DNA of 46,586 nucleotides from Catajapyx aquilonaris (Eukaryota). The first letter of the stretch is position 1, and each line of letters opens with the position of its first letter. The notes beneath the pieces were generated by a model, which had not been told where the DNA came from, made no database searches, and saw only the letters and a program-made list of their open reading frames with translations. This document shows positions 22,901 to 35,361 of the stretch, one piece after another. Position numbers and translations under genes: made by a program. The stretch is taken from positions 1 to 46,586 of the forward strand of contig JYFJ02003077.1 in NCBI GenBank assembly GCA_000934665.2. Direction: 5' to 3'.

Positions 22901-25900
22901 CGTACAGTGCATGTTATACAAACTTGTTTATTTATTTATGCACTGTTCATTTATTTACCTCATTAAAAAACTGAGCGCAAATGCATTGTTCACTTATTTA
23001 GCAATTAAATCTAAGAGTCGTCATTTTGTGTGCCTTCTGTATAGCTTTGACCCAGCTTCCTAATGGCATGGTCGCATAATAATTTTTCGTTAATATATAG
23101 GAAAAGGGACCGGAATCGGGGGCATATCTCCGGACGCACGATTTTGTGCAGCCGAACGTGAATGATGGTGCTTCTCAACATTTCCTAAAAGTGAGGCTGC
23201 ACAAAGAGAGGAAACGTGGCATCCAACCCCCGGTGTAAATTGAGACCCATTCATAGCTTTCACACAATGCAACCTCTTCCATTAGGTCTGAAGCAGACTT
23301 GGGGAGGATGGGAGGCAGTGTTGGGGAAGTGGAAATAGTGCACATAGAGTAGGTACGAGCACTGATTGAAAGCGTGAAATAGGCAAAAGTGTATCAGAGG
23401 AAGTAGACTCATGGGGGAGATTTCTCATTAGGACCCCCCTCTGGCGGTACTATTTCGGGAGGGCATCTTTGGTCCATGTTGAAACGTGCAAGACGGGCCA
23501 AGTTGGAGATGCAACTGTAGGACTGCATGGTAAGCACGAAATCATGACAGGGAACTTTGCTGTAAGTGTTGCTCGAGGTGGTCTACTGAGGTGGTGAACT
23601 CGAGCTGAGAAGTAGTGCAGAGGTGGCTCAGAATAGTGCAGGTACTAAAACTATGAAACTTAAGACGCGGCTTTCAGCAGCTCTCATTGTTTCTCATGGG
23701 GCCTTGGCTTATAATTAAGTACATACAGGGTGTAAAGAGCTGATTAGAATGCAGTTTCAATTTCAGTTAGCGAGTTTCCCTTATAATCCGATAATTTTAT
23801 GCAGTAATTTCAAGCGTTCAGGACGGATCAAACTACTAGCTCATAATATTATAGGTGGAGTAGACGCATCTATTTAAAGCGCGGGACAGCTTGGTCTGCA
23901 AAAAATGGTTTCAACTATCGACCTCAGGTGCTAATATTGGGTTGCGTGCAATGTCTTTGGATGGCAGATTCGTTGGCAATTCATGGACTGAAAAAATATT
24001 GCTGAGAAGCTAATACATAGCCTTTAAAAGTAGCTGCTGGAAAATATTGCTCATTAGTAGCTCACCGAAACGGACATTGCACATTTTAGATGATGATGTG
24101 AAACGAATTTTTATTGGTAATTTATTGTCGAATAAATTTCAGCTGAAAATTCTGCTTGCGACGTAATTCAGAGACGTTGGCTACATTAATATACGCTTCG
24201 GCTTAACCGATGACGTAAGTCAGGCCGACGGTTTTGGACTGCTTAACAGACGTCCCGAGTTTAAACGGAGCGTGGAAAATTATGCAGCTTGCCTGAATTT
24301 TGTGTGCGTGAATAACACTCGTACAGACCCCAAATCAAATGTGAAGCTGAGCGCAAAATAATGTAACCGAAATACCTGTCAATACATTTTTAGCATAATT
24401 TTTATTGCACCCAGTTTTAAAAACATGAACACTGCAAAGTGAATAACTCATTTTATTTGCAGTTAAGCCAGTATGATGTGGGCAATTCGAAATGTCTGAT
24501 AGAGTAATGAAGCCATGAATGTGGCAACCGCTTGATCCATCCGACAATGTAATGGAGAATGACAAAGCTTTGTATACTTACTCCGATATGATCGTACTGT
24601 AGCTCATGTGGAAACAGTGTACACCCCCCCCCCNNNNCCCACACGTCTATTTTTTTGCCGCTATTTAGGTGGAAATTATGTCCGACAGATCTTTTTCATT
24701 CACTGTCATGAACCGTCGCTATCGCAATTTCCATGCCAAAATTGGAGGCGGAAACTTCAAAATGACACCCGAACAGCTGCGATGTAAACAGGAAGAGACG
24801 TGTTGTGCAGGCTTTGAACAAAAATGGTGAATGCACTTTTTTGTATATGCTGCCAGGAACGTGCAAGCATAGAAAATCAGCTTCAGACCACAATATATGC
24901 CTGTGTATGGAACACAAAAATATTTGCTTATTATTGCAAGCACAGCCCTTTCTGCGTAAAAGGAACAAAAATATTTACCTGTACTTCAGTATTATTTTTA
25001 AGGTGCTGAGGTGGGTCAGTTGCCCTCCACCTCCACTAACTATAGGGTTGAGTCTATTGGAGCGGAGCAAATTCCAATGAGTGGGAAAGTTACAAGGGGA
25101 GGGGAAAAGTATATATCTATAGCTCACTCGAAAGGGAACCGGGTCCGTAGTTTCTCACGAAACCACAAGGAACAAGACAGCTTAAACCTTTATTACTCAC
25201 AGTAATTCCCGCTGTCAATTAGCGAGGGCACCAGATAAGGAGCAGCTTGACTTTTCGTCTTTTTGCGATGGGCGTTTTCGCAGCCGGAGATTGCTCTTGT
25301 GTGTGCTGGACTGAACTTTGACCAACATCCCCATTGAAAGCCACATGTCACACGTTTTGGTGCAATTAGTGGGGGATGATATATGAAGGCAATAATAAGT
25401 TGAAAATGTGCCAACGATGAAGGATCCCGATTTCGTGATCGATTATCTGACGCGCAAAAACTGGGGGGGTTCCATGTGCAGAACAGACGACACATTGCAG
25501 AGTTTTTTTTTTGCCAATATGTTATGAGGAATGTGGGTTGCCACAGATGTCAAGGAGATTGCGATTTTTTTTTGAGGATTTGTGATGTAATTGCTATTAA
25601 TCGATTGCCTGTGACGGGATTTTGTTTCAGGACGTCCCCATTTGTACAGTGTGTAAACAAGGGCGTAGCTGTCTTTTGTTAACGAGTAGGCGATCGTGAT
25701 CTTTAGATGATAGGATCATGTACTAACCGAAGACATTAGCGGCATACATCTGATGCAAGGGTATACCAGCCACTACTTGCAGCACATATTATTTCATTTG
25801 AATGAAATAATTTTTGGCCTATAGTACCCACTCAACCAGCACTATTAATGTAGAAGGTACTGTGCCTGATCAAAATTGCAATATAGTAATAGACTGCAGT

Positions 25901-28900
25901 AATTATGCGCAGTAAAAGGCGAGATAAGTTCGAAGTTTCATAATAGCAGAGTTTTATTAACGCTTGCACGCTTTTAAGAAAAACAAAGAGAGCACACTCC
26001 ATTATTAACCAAGCCAAGTCTCCTGCCATTAATGAAAGTGCAAGTAAACTCATGAGCAACACAAAGAAAGTCGACCTTTTGATGGAGAAGCATTGTTTGG
26101 GCCTGGAAAAACTCCGTCGTTTAGAGTTTCCTCTTCCTCTGAGATAAAAAACCGCCGAAGAGTGAAACCCTTCCACACTATTTCAATAGTCCCAAGGGAG
26201 TGATTGGACTTGATCGAGTTTTATACGTGATTGCGAAACAAACGTGGGGAAAAATACTGTCAGTTTTTTTCATATCGTAAAAAAAGATGGAATAATCGGC
26301 CAATTTCCACCCTCGATAGGATCACGTTGTTTTTTCTCGAAGCTTATAAAAATCTGTGCTCCAATTTCCATGTGATTGGCAGCCTGCTACTAGTTTTTAT
26401 ATGAATATTGCGACGTATTGGCGAATTGGTTTCTTTTTTTTTTCTTCAGCTCTATTGGGAATCAGGATAGAAGAAATCCTTTCGTGTCTTTCTTATTCAT
26501 TGCCAGGCACCCCTTTTCCTCGGCGACAATTTCGGGGGTATTGCGGTTGACATTCCTGGAGAAGGTATTGCGAAATGGGGAAGGTTGGACAGACTTCTTT
26601 TTGCCGAAATCCGCAAGGGAACAACCCCCTTTTTCAACCTCCCCCATGTCATTCCTGGTAAAAAAAAAATACTGGCGAAACCTTGACGAAGTGAAAATGT
26701 GCCATGGTAGGACGTGACGGGAAAATCACTATGCACGCTTCCATACCTTATACTCCTTCCCAATTTATACAGGATTTTTTTTGCACCATCTTTGCAGAAT
26801 CGATTTGGGGAAATGGAATATGCAGCTTGATTATTAATTGATTCTTGTTTCGCAAACAAGGAGATCAGTATAGGCTCTAGGTGAATTCTTAAAAAGACGC
26901 ATCTCATTAACCGTTTTTTTTTCGTCGTGTTCTAATCTAAAGCTAGAGCAGCTACTGCAGTAAAAAGAAGACGAAACAGGTTTTAGTACTATGCTTGCAA
27001 ATTTAGCCCTATATAATCTTAGTGCTTGTTAAACAGTATTGATCTAGGAAGTTAGGTGGAATTGAAACTGTGTGGGGGGGGGGGGGATGTTAGAATGAGA
27101 TGATTTGGCCTGCACCTTTCTATAAATTATCTACATTGCCTTTGCGAAGATATTGCCTCAAAACAACTGCTTGCGGTACTTTGCTCTAATCAATTAGTGC
27201 AGACTGTGTAACGGCCCTAGGTTAAGCAGGTTCTTCGGCAATCATCAATTAGACATGCTCATTATAAAGGAGTTACACTAGGATTTAATCCAACAGGGAA
27301 TCTCCGGAGCTGGCGATTAAAGCAAAATATATTGCTAATCAGCATATGACTCTTTGTACAACCGGGTGAATAACGGGGTGGTTGTACTTGATGCCTCAGG
27401 TGTTCCTTGCACATTTATTTTTTGGCATAGCATTTTGCAGGATGGTTATATTGGCATATTGCGATGTATTCGAATCGAATTCAATTGTGACTGATCGTTG
27501 TGGATTTCCAATAATGCTTAGTGCCAAATTTCTTTCATGCTGACAGGAACCACCATAAATTACATGCCCAGAAAAATACCTTTTTAAAAGCATCAATCCA
27601 TATCAAGGCTGGCTCAACTGAAGCATGTAGAAATATGGAAGGAGTTTTTTTCCCCTCTTTTAAAAACCGAGGCAGAAAAGAAGTGATTCACCCGTGGCAG
27701 TAATGGGGATGGAGGAATTAAGCTGCTGGCAAGGGTCGGTTGCGTGGTAATGTCATGGTCCATAGGCGTAACCTTGAGGAGGAGGGGGGATGTTCCCCTG
27801 ATGCCGATGCAATAAAGTGGATCCCGTTCCAGGTGCGTTTCGGGAGGCTGATTTTCCACAGGTGTAAAACGCAGGGGTCCAAAGTGAAAGAAGGGATTCT
27901 TTCTCCACTTTTACTCAGTTGATCCGGAGCCTCGTTCCGGTCTCCTTTCTTCTGGAACGTGTCAATGACCAGCTTCAGGAATTGGACGATTTCCGTCCTG
28001 CAACTAAAGGATCTTATAACGAGTCGTCTTTAAAAGGGAATTTTTTTTTCCACAAGGATTGGGATGGGAAAAAGAGGGTTTTTTTTGGTTTGCAAGCCTG
28101 GTCCTCTCACAGGGTATTTTTTGGGGGGAGGCGGCTAGTTTCCGATTCAGGTAATGTCGAATGAAAAGGTTCGTTGAATTGGAAAGGAGGAATCGGAATT
28201 GGGAAGAGCAAGCCCAGAAGCAGCTGTGCGCTACATACAGCCAGGGAGCGTTCTGGAAAGCGTGACTTATGCAAGCATTTCCCGAGGAAAAACTTTTGCA
28301 CTATTTCATCGGGAGGAGGGGGGATCTGGCAATTTTAGCAGGATATTGCCAATGCCCAACACGATATCTTTATTCAGACGGTTTTACGACTGGGAGGGAA
28401 GAGTGGGATATTGGAATGAAGACTGTGATTCTCCGGGCATGACATTACCATTGGCCAAAGTGGTTATTTTTAATGCGGTTCACTGCTTATTTGATGTATT
28501 AATTTACTACACATCTGCTACAGCATAGCTGATTAAAATGGCGAGTGAAAAAAATATTTATTATTTGAGTTTTGAACGAATGCGGTGAATGCAATGGTGT
28601 TGGTTTTGTCCAGAAGGGTGGAAAAAATTATGCAGGCAACGGAATGTTTCCAGCTTCTCGAAGAATTTTCAAGACGCTGAAAAATCTTGCCAAACTGGTT
28701 TTCAGGCAGGTATTGCCACGTTTCGCACTGGGTACTACTAGGAACGGGGCAAAATAACGGACGGGGAGGGTGTGAGGCCGACAGAAATTTTGCACGATTT
28801 TTGCTCCTTTTCCTCTGCATCGTGTTGGTGTCAGGATTTTTTTTGGGAAGCACTGTACGGTATTCAGTACAGTTTTATTTTTCATGGGAATATTTTCAAT

Positions 28901-31832
28901 GAAAACTCGAACAGTTTTATAGTGATACCTCAGCGACAAACGGCAGTGTGTATACAGTGTGCTATTGCAAAAATGATGAATTACCTGGCAAACACAGCTG
29001 GTGAATGTATATGCTATTTCACCCTGATAAAAACTGTGCACTATGCACTATACAAAATATTATGTATGCAGTAATTTAAAAAAAAACATTCAGCTTATGC
29101 TATATGCTAAGCTGATGGGACACTATAGCTGACACCTCCATATACTCTGTGCTGGATTTTTGAAGTGCGTGCTGAAATGCGCCTTTAAAATTAGAGCTAT
29201 ATATAAAGTTTAGTGCAATGTAATGTTGTGTTGTTGGCACTTCAGATTTACGTGGCAGCCTGATAATTTACTGCGGTATTAATGGTCGCTTTATTTTATG
29301 GATAGTTATCCATAGGTATATGGACACTAAATTCGGCAGTTTTACATCCAGGCCAATATATTCCAGAAATGTTAAAAATGTAGTTCACACACTATGAACT
29401 TTGGCTTGTCATATGCATAGTGAATAAGTCATAATCCCATTTGACTGAATATCACGGCTTTCTGGCGATTGCCCCGAAGTGAGAGGACAGCAGGGTAGGC
29501 AAAGTACACGGTTGGCTCTTTTTTTTTTTGGAAGGATCCTATCTGTATCTGGCCTGGAGCCAGCAGGGGGCTAGCCTCGTCCGGCCAATGTTTGCATTTT
29601 ACTATGCACACAATCCCAGCGGTTTATAGAGGCAGCTTGCCAAATATCGCGAATTCACCCCCACAAAGAGACGCACACGCTGCCCCCTGAATTTCACGTG
29701 TCATACGAATGTGTCGGAAATTAAGGAGTCGGGAAATTGGATGGCCATTCATTTCCCCAACAGATTGGAACACTACTATACCCAGCACTATAGGGGCTAT
29801 AAATTGACTTTGAAAGCGTAACACGTAGCCCATTTTTAGTAGTGAAGAAATAAACGGCTGGTTGTGCCGTCGTGATATGATAATAAGGGGATAGCAACAT
29901 ATTTTAGTCAAAAATGCGGATAATAATGAGAAGTTATTTTTTTGCTTCGTGGCTGTAGAGACAGTAGTGGAAAAACGTTAACAGTGTAAAAATACATATT
30001 CAGAATGTTAAAATGGAGCTGGTTACAAAAACGCAATTGTATATTTAACAGCCGAGCGTTATCACACCTGAGATATTACTCACTGGAACATACTTTTTAG
30101 CTCGTTTTTGTGCGAACAGCCCTCGCTTATTATACTTTTATAAATATTGGTTTACCTGCAGTAAAAAATTGGACCCTGTAATTTTATACCCTTAACCCAA
30201 TGGAGCTGGAAGCAATATCCAGCACGGCAAATTACGAATGCGCAGAATATTTTCTTTGGAAAATTTGTTAGTATGTGGTAGCTCATACTGCCTGCCTTTG
30301 GTTTCATTGCGGGTTGTCGCATGTGTCTGTAGGCAGGCAAATGTTACATGACATTGCTTTGAGTCAGCGATTAGTTTGGCAGCCGGGATATTCAACAAGT
30401 AAGAAACACCCTGTACAAGGCCATGATGACTCGAGGCGTATCTAAATTTGACTGTGGCCCTTGACATGTTGAGTTTTATTACCGGATGTGTGTGAATATT
30501 ATTATGCTAAATTCTGGCCGATTCCAGAAACTCCCTTCAGACTACTCTTGTCATCTTGTCCCTCTTTCTTTCTTAGCATCCGCGACCTATAGACCGCTAA
30601 TGTTACAACGTCCTCAAAATCTAGTAAGAGGCGCCTCATCCCAGCCGGAGTAGGTCTTGCAACAACAAAAAAGCTGCAGTCGTATAGCACAGGTCGGTAT
30701 GAGGTCGTCGCCATTGCCCACTTCCTTCATCCCAAGCATGGGAAGGAGGTCAAGGGGAGACACTCTCAAGGAGAAAGATGAGGATGAATGGGGAAGGTTG
30801 CCCTATTGTTTTTTCTTTCCTCATATAATATTAGGCAGCTTACTTCTGGCCATTACCTCCATATACACCACAGTGCATCAAGAGGAGGGGGGGATAAAAT
30901 AATCAGAAACCTTACGATTTCTGACGGCTTTTCGTGACGATTGAAGCCGACGGTCGATACGTGTCATTGCCGCTGCTTTGTGAAGGGGAAATGGAACCGT
31001 CATTCGCCAAGCTCGTCGGAAAGTTTTGGGAAAAAGGAAAAGGGGGGGCTCTTCCTACTGCGCGTTTTAAAGGCCGCTTGCACTTGACGTACTTTACGAG
31101 TGATTGAAATGGTTCGGGACAGCAGCCAGAAAGTGGATAAAGTAAAACAGGTTGCGGGGACCAGAGGGGGGGTATATACACCCGAAAAACGGATGAGAAA
31201 TGAGGCTGAGATCGAATTCAAGTGATATTAATGTTGGAAGCACTCCAGGAGATGGCTGGAGAAAATGCAAGTGTTACGTGCTGGGGAAGGCAAAGAAGTG
31301 TAATTACAGAGGCTCCGACACCAGTAATCCCCTCGGTAATTGCTTCTCAACACGTTCCCCCGCCAATGCTTTTGCACGCTCCATTTATTTTCATTGGTAT
31401 TAAAGCATCAAAAGGCTTCTGTTGGAATAACCTCACGCCCTGGGCATTCTTTTTTTTTTTTTTTGGCGGGAAAAGGGAACAGAGGCCCCGGAATCTTTAA
31501 CGTCGTTACCGACTTGTCACATAAATCCCTCTCAAAGCTGTTAAGTGAAAGATAGAGGAGGAATTTTGGCCTGAATACGTGAATTGTGTGTATCGGGGCG
31601 GGGGTGTATAGACTACATTAGCTGGAGCTATAGTTCTTTACAGTGGCAGTGTGTATAGCTGTGTGAGCGGATAACAGCGAGGAAAACGTGGTGCAGGGCA
31701 TTAAGATACGGTAATGTTTTAAGCATTAACATGTTTTTAGTATGGCATTGCAGGCTACAGGGAGGTGCATAATGTGGGCACTTTGTAGCAACTCGATTGT
31801 AATGTAGGGCAGATTTGTACAGTGTTGGACAT

Positions 31833-32062
31833 TAATCGCGTCATACTGCTAGCGACAATGCGGTAGAAGTGCAAATCGAAGTGTGAGCCGTGCGAGTAAG
31901 AAGAGGTAGGCCTTGAGGGACGTCACCGGCTTGTCCGCAGCTTAGTGACGTCACCCAAGGGCTACCACTTCTTACTCTCACTGCTCGAACTCGATCACTT
32001 CGATTTGCACGTCTGCCGCATCGGAAAGTGTCGCTACTCTCGCTAGCAGTATGACGGAATTA
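31833..32062. mobile_element. Foldback (palindromic) MITE-like element
   Basis: Perfect 17-bp inverted repeat CGTCATACTGCTAGCGA (31839-31855) / TCGCTAGCAGTATGACG (32040-32056). The arms stay complementary inward to an 18-nt loop (31927-31944). Outer ends are TAAT...ATTA. Confidence 0.8.
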
Positions 32063-34158
32063 CTTTGTTTTTGAGTGTAGATATGAACATAAGTTGGTTA
32101 CAACCCAGTAACTTGTGCCCTGGACATCCCTGCAGTATTTAACAGCATTTGCTGTTAGCTAGAAAGTGCCCCCGTAAAATTGTTAAAATCCTGGAAACAA
32201 TGTGGCCTATACATAACGCGCGCAAGATGGCACTACATTTTGCACTGGGGGGTTTTTAGTGTGCCATACTCCTAACCGCAGACACAGAGAGTCGGTGTTA
32301 GTAGGCCGTAATTTTTGGCGCCTCAGTACAGCGCTCATGACCCCAATGAAAACGAGTAAAAAGGGGTTGATTGGACGTAGAGTAAGTTGGTAACGGACTG
32401 GGTAACGGATGGACAAAACAGACAGAAAACTAGGTTTGTAGGACTCATCCAATGGCAGTACAGACGCTCATCTTTGGGTGCCATCTGTTGCTGGGTGGGA
32501 AAGAAAAGAGGCTGGTTTGGCATATGATATTTTCAGACCTCTTTTTTTTTTTTTTTAGCCGTGTACACTTCGTAGACTCCACCAAGTTTGTTTTCTGCCT
32601 TGGTGCTCTTGCCTCGTAATTCTTGCCGCGGGGGAAAGAGAGGATTGCACACAGACAGATCGAATTTTGCTCGCGGGAATTCCTCTCGTGTTTCTTGAAA
32701 ACGCTGCTGATTACTTGCAATTCCAACTTTTTAATACGGACCGTGATAGAAAAGGGGCCGCTCGTTTTATAAAAAGTTGCCGGTAGGTGTAGGAGATAAT
32801 AAGTATGTATACCGTGTAAAGTGATGGTTGCTTTGTCGAAATTGTGAATAGGCCTGAAGTGTCAGAAATTTCACAGAAAATTGTATTATCTGGCATCTTT
32901 CGTTTCTATCTTTCCGTGTGAGAAATTGGTGGCAATGAACGTGCTTATTGATTCGGGTATTTCCACCTGAGTCAGAATGTGTAACATGAAAGGTGTGCTT
33001 TAGGCACAATGATATCAGAACGTGCGCCGACCGCAAAACTCGCGCCAACAAACCCTTTGCTTCGTGGTGTAATAAGACATGGACACGTATAAACACTTCC
33101 TTATCGTCTCTGCCGTGGGAACATGTCCCTACCGTTTCTCACCTTTTTACCACACTTTTTACCTCTGCTCTGACCAACCTTCCGGCTGGAAATAGATATA
33201 CGGCGTCATAGCTGTCTGATTGCATGCGGGATGAAATTACTTCCATGGTATTCTTGGACAAGGGTTCGGTTGCCCTTGCCGCCAGCAAGAGTTGATGAAA
33301 TGAGTCTTTGACGCATTTAATGAAAATGTAGAGCTTGCTAGGGAAAATCGGAACACGTTATCTTCCGCAAAGGCTTTTTATTACATAACTGAAACTATAG
33401 GCTTGCAAAATGATAAGCAAACGATAAGGTAGCCTAATTGATAGGGTCTGCTTATATGTTGCATTGTGTAGCCTATTTCAGTTTTGCGAATGTGGAACAA
33501 TACGGATATTGTTGCTATTTATATACATACGATAGCAGAATTTCTTTGCTGTTGATTACTTTAATAATGCCTGAAAAACAGCCATTGTGTTGTTTCTCTC
33601 TTTAATAAATGGTAGCAGAAATTGAAGGTTTTCTTCTGGTTGCCTAACAAGGACGTCAACTTTGTTGTAACGTATGTAAATGCACATGGCTGTGCTTTGA
33701 CTATATTTACTGCTTATTATAACTCATATTATGCTTATGAAATACAGGATGTTCCAACTGAAATGATGTTAGATGCCACAATATTTACTGCTGTGATTTT
33801 AGTAAGAATTTCTCTTAAGCATGACATTTCATAGTAGGAATATTTGTCAATCTGGAGTAAAGAGGGGAAAAACAGCACTACATTCGCAGCATTCTTCTTC
33901 CGTGACATTATTGATGTCGGAACATTGCAGTTGGCTGCCATCCTTCATTTGACTTGTGCGTCACAGGACACGTCCAGAGACTTCGTGGTAAACAGGTCAT
34001 GCGGGCGACAGAAAGGCACGCAAGGGTCTGGCCCCCTCCGAAAGATTGACAGGTGCGTTCATAAGTATGCGACCACATTTGCAGCGCTTGCAACATCCTA
34101 TAACGTGAGCAGACTGCTATTGGGTCCTGTTAGATGCTAAAAATGGAACAAGACAGCT

Positions 34159-34341
34159 GGGGGCTCCCCAGTTGCAAAACAGTTAAGGAAGTTCGTGCAT
34201 TTGGTGGGGAATTTGCCAATGAATATTGACCTAACTGCAACCTTCTCTTGGTCTATAATAGTGGATTTAAGTAACATTGTCTAACCTAAATACTGATGTC
34301 ACTTAAACTTAATCTGTAATTTTCTATGATGCAACCGGACC
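34159..34341. mobile_element. Degenerate PIF/Harbinger-like MITE
   Basis: Left end GGGGGCTCCCCAGTTGCAAAACAGTTAAG and right end ATGATGCAACCGGACC followed by TAA. These resemble GG(C/T)CC(A/G)GTTGCA-type termini recognised from memory. Confidence 0.4.
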
Positions 34342-34640
34342 TAAGAGCGCTTTAGTGTTTTTCAAGTTATAGGTATTTTAGTGTGCCATTTTTCGGTTTA
34401 GGTGATTGAACCCAAGGATAAAAGAAGCGTATTTCATAAATCTTTCTGAAAAGCGAGTTCTTTTGATCGATTTCTTACAGGCAAGGTACTGAGTCCCCTT
34501 GGGCGTGGAATTGTATTGTTTTGGCCCTCTTTTCTGATCTCCCCAAAATAATAGCTTGATAAAGCGAGAATCTTGGTAGAGTTCGACATCTCAGTTGAAG
34601 CACACCCTACTGCTAACTCCATCCAACCGACACACCATCA

Positions 34641-34659
34641 ATCCATCCATCCATCCATC
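34641..34659 (+). repeat. (ATCC)n microsatellite
   Basis: ATCCATCCATCCATCCATC. Confidence 0.8.
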
Positions 34660-35187
34660 TAGCCCCCCATGAGCAGCAGGGCTCGTTTCGTCCCCCGCTC
34701 TGCACCGCACATGCATGCATCGATAAGTTCCAATAGGGCTTGAGTGATCGATGAAAGATTAGTGCGGGCTGCCGAGGGAAGTGGGGCGGGAGGGCGCTAA
34801 GCACGTGAGCCGAATTCAGCACTAGGACACGCCACCTATATAACATACTATAGCGCCCCCCTTTTCCTCTGATGTTGGCCATACCGACAAAAGCTTCTCT
34901 TTCGGACCAGAGGTGTGGCCTTAGGGAGTTGGTTTCATGCTGGGATGAATCAATCAGATGTTTTCTGTCCACATTTCCCCTGGGTAGGGTCTCGTGATGT
35001 ATGGAACTGGCGGAAGGGCCCGACTTCATTTTGAGCCAAATGGGGTCGGTAATGGCCACAGTACTAGGGTGTGTACCGTGTCTAAATGATGGGCCAATCC
35101 TCAGCTGTTGGACCACACATGATGGGGGAGAAAAGAGGGACTCGTGCCAGTATAGGAAGAGAAGTAGGGTGCACGTGGAAATGTACT

Positions 35188-35361
35188 CTAACCTAACCTA
35201 ACATAACCTAACCTATCCTAACCTATCCTAACCTATCATAACCTATCATAACTTAACCCTAACCCTAACCCGACCCAATATAACCTAACCTAACCTATCC
35301 TAACCTATCATAACTTAACCCTAACCCTAACCCGAACCAATATAACCTAACCTAACCTAAC
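35188..35361. repeat. Interstitial telomere-like block of (CCTAA)n mixed with (CCCTAA)n
   Basis: Directly visible CCTAA, CCTAT and CATAA pentamers plus CCCTAA hexamers, arranged in a duplicated ~62-bp higher-order unit. Confidence 0.9.

Noticed and set aside
18146..25820. Sm-site-like AATAATTTTTGGCC at ~18146 and ~25806
   Set aside because: No flanking snRNA or SL RNA stems or recognisable snRNA sequence.
31644..31665. TGGCAGTGTGTATAGCTGTGTG resembles miR-34
   Set aside because: Several mismatches to the conserved mature sequence and no complementary star arm on either side.
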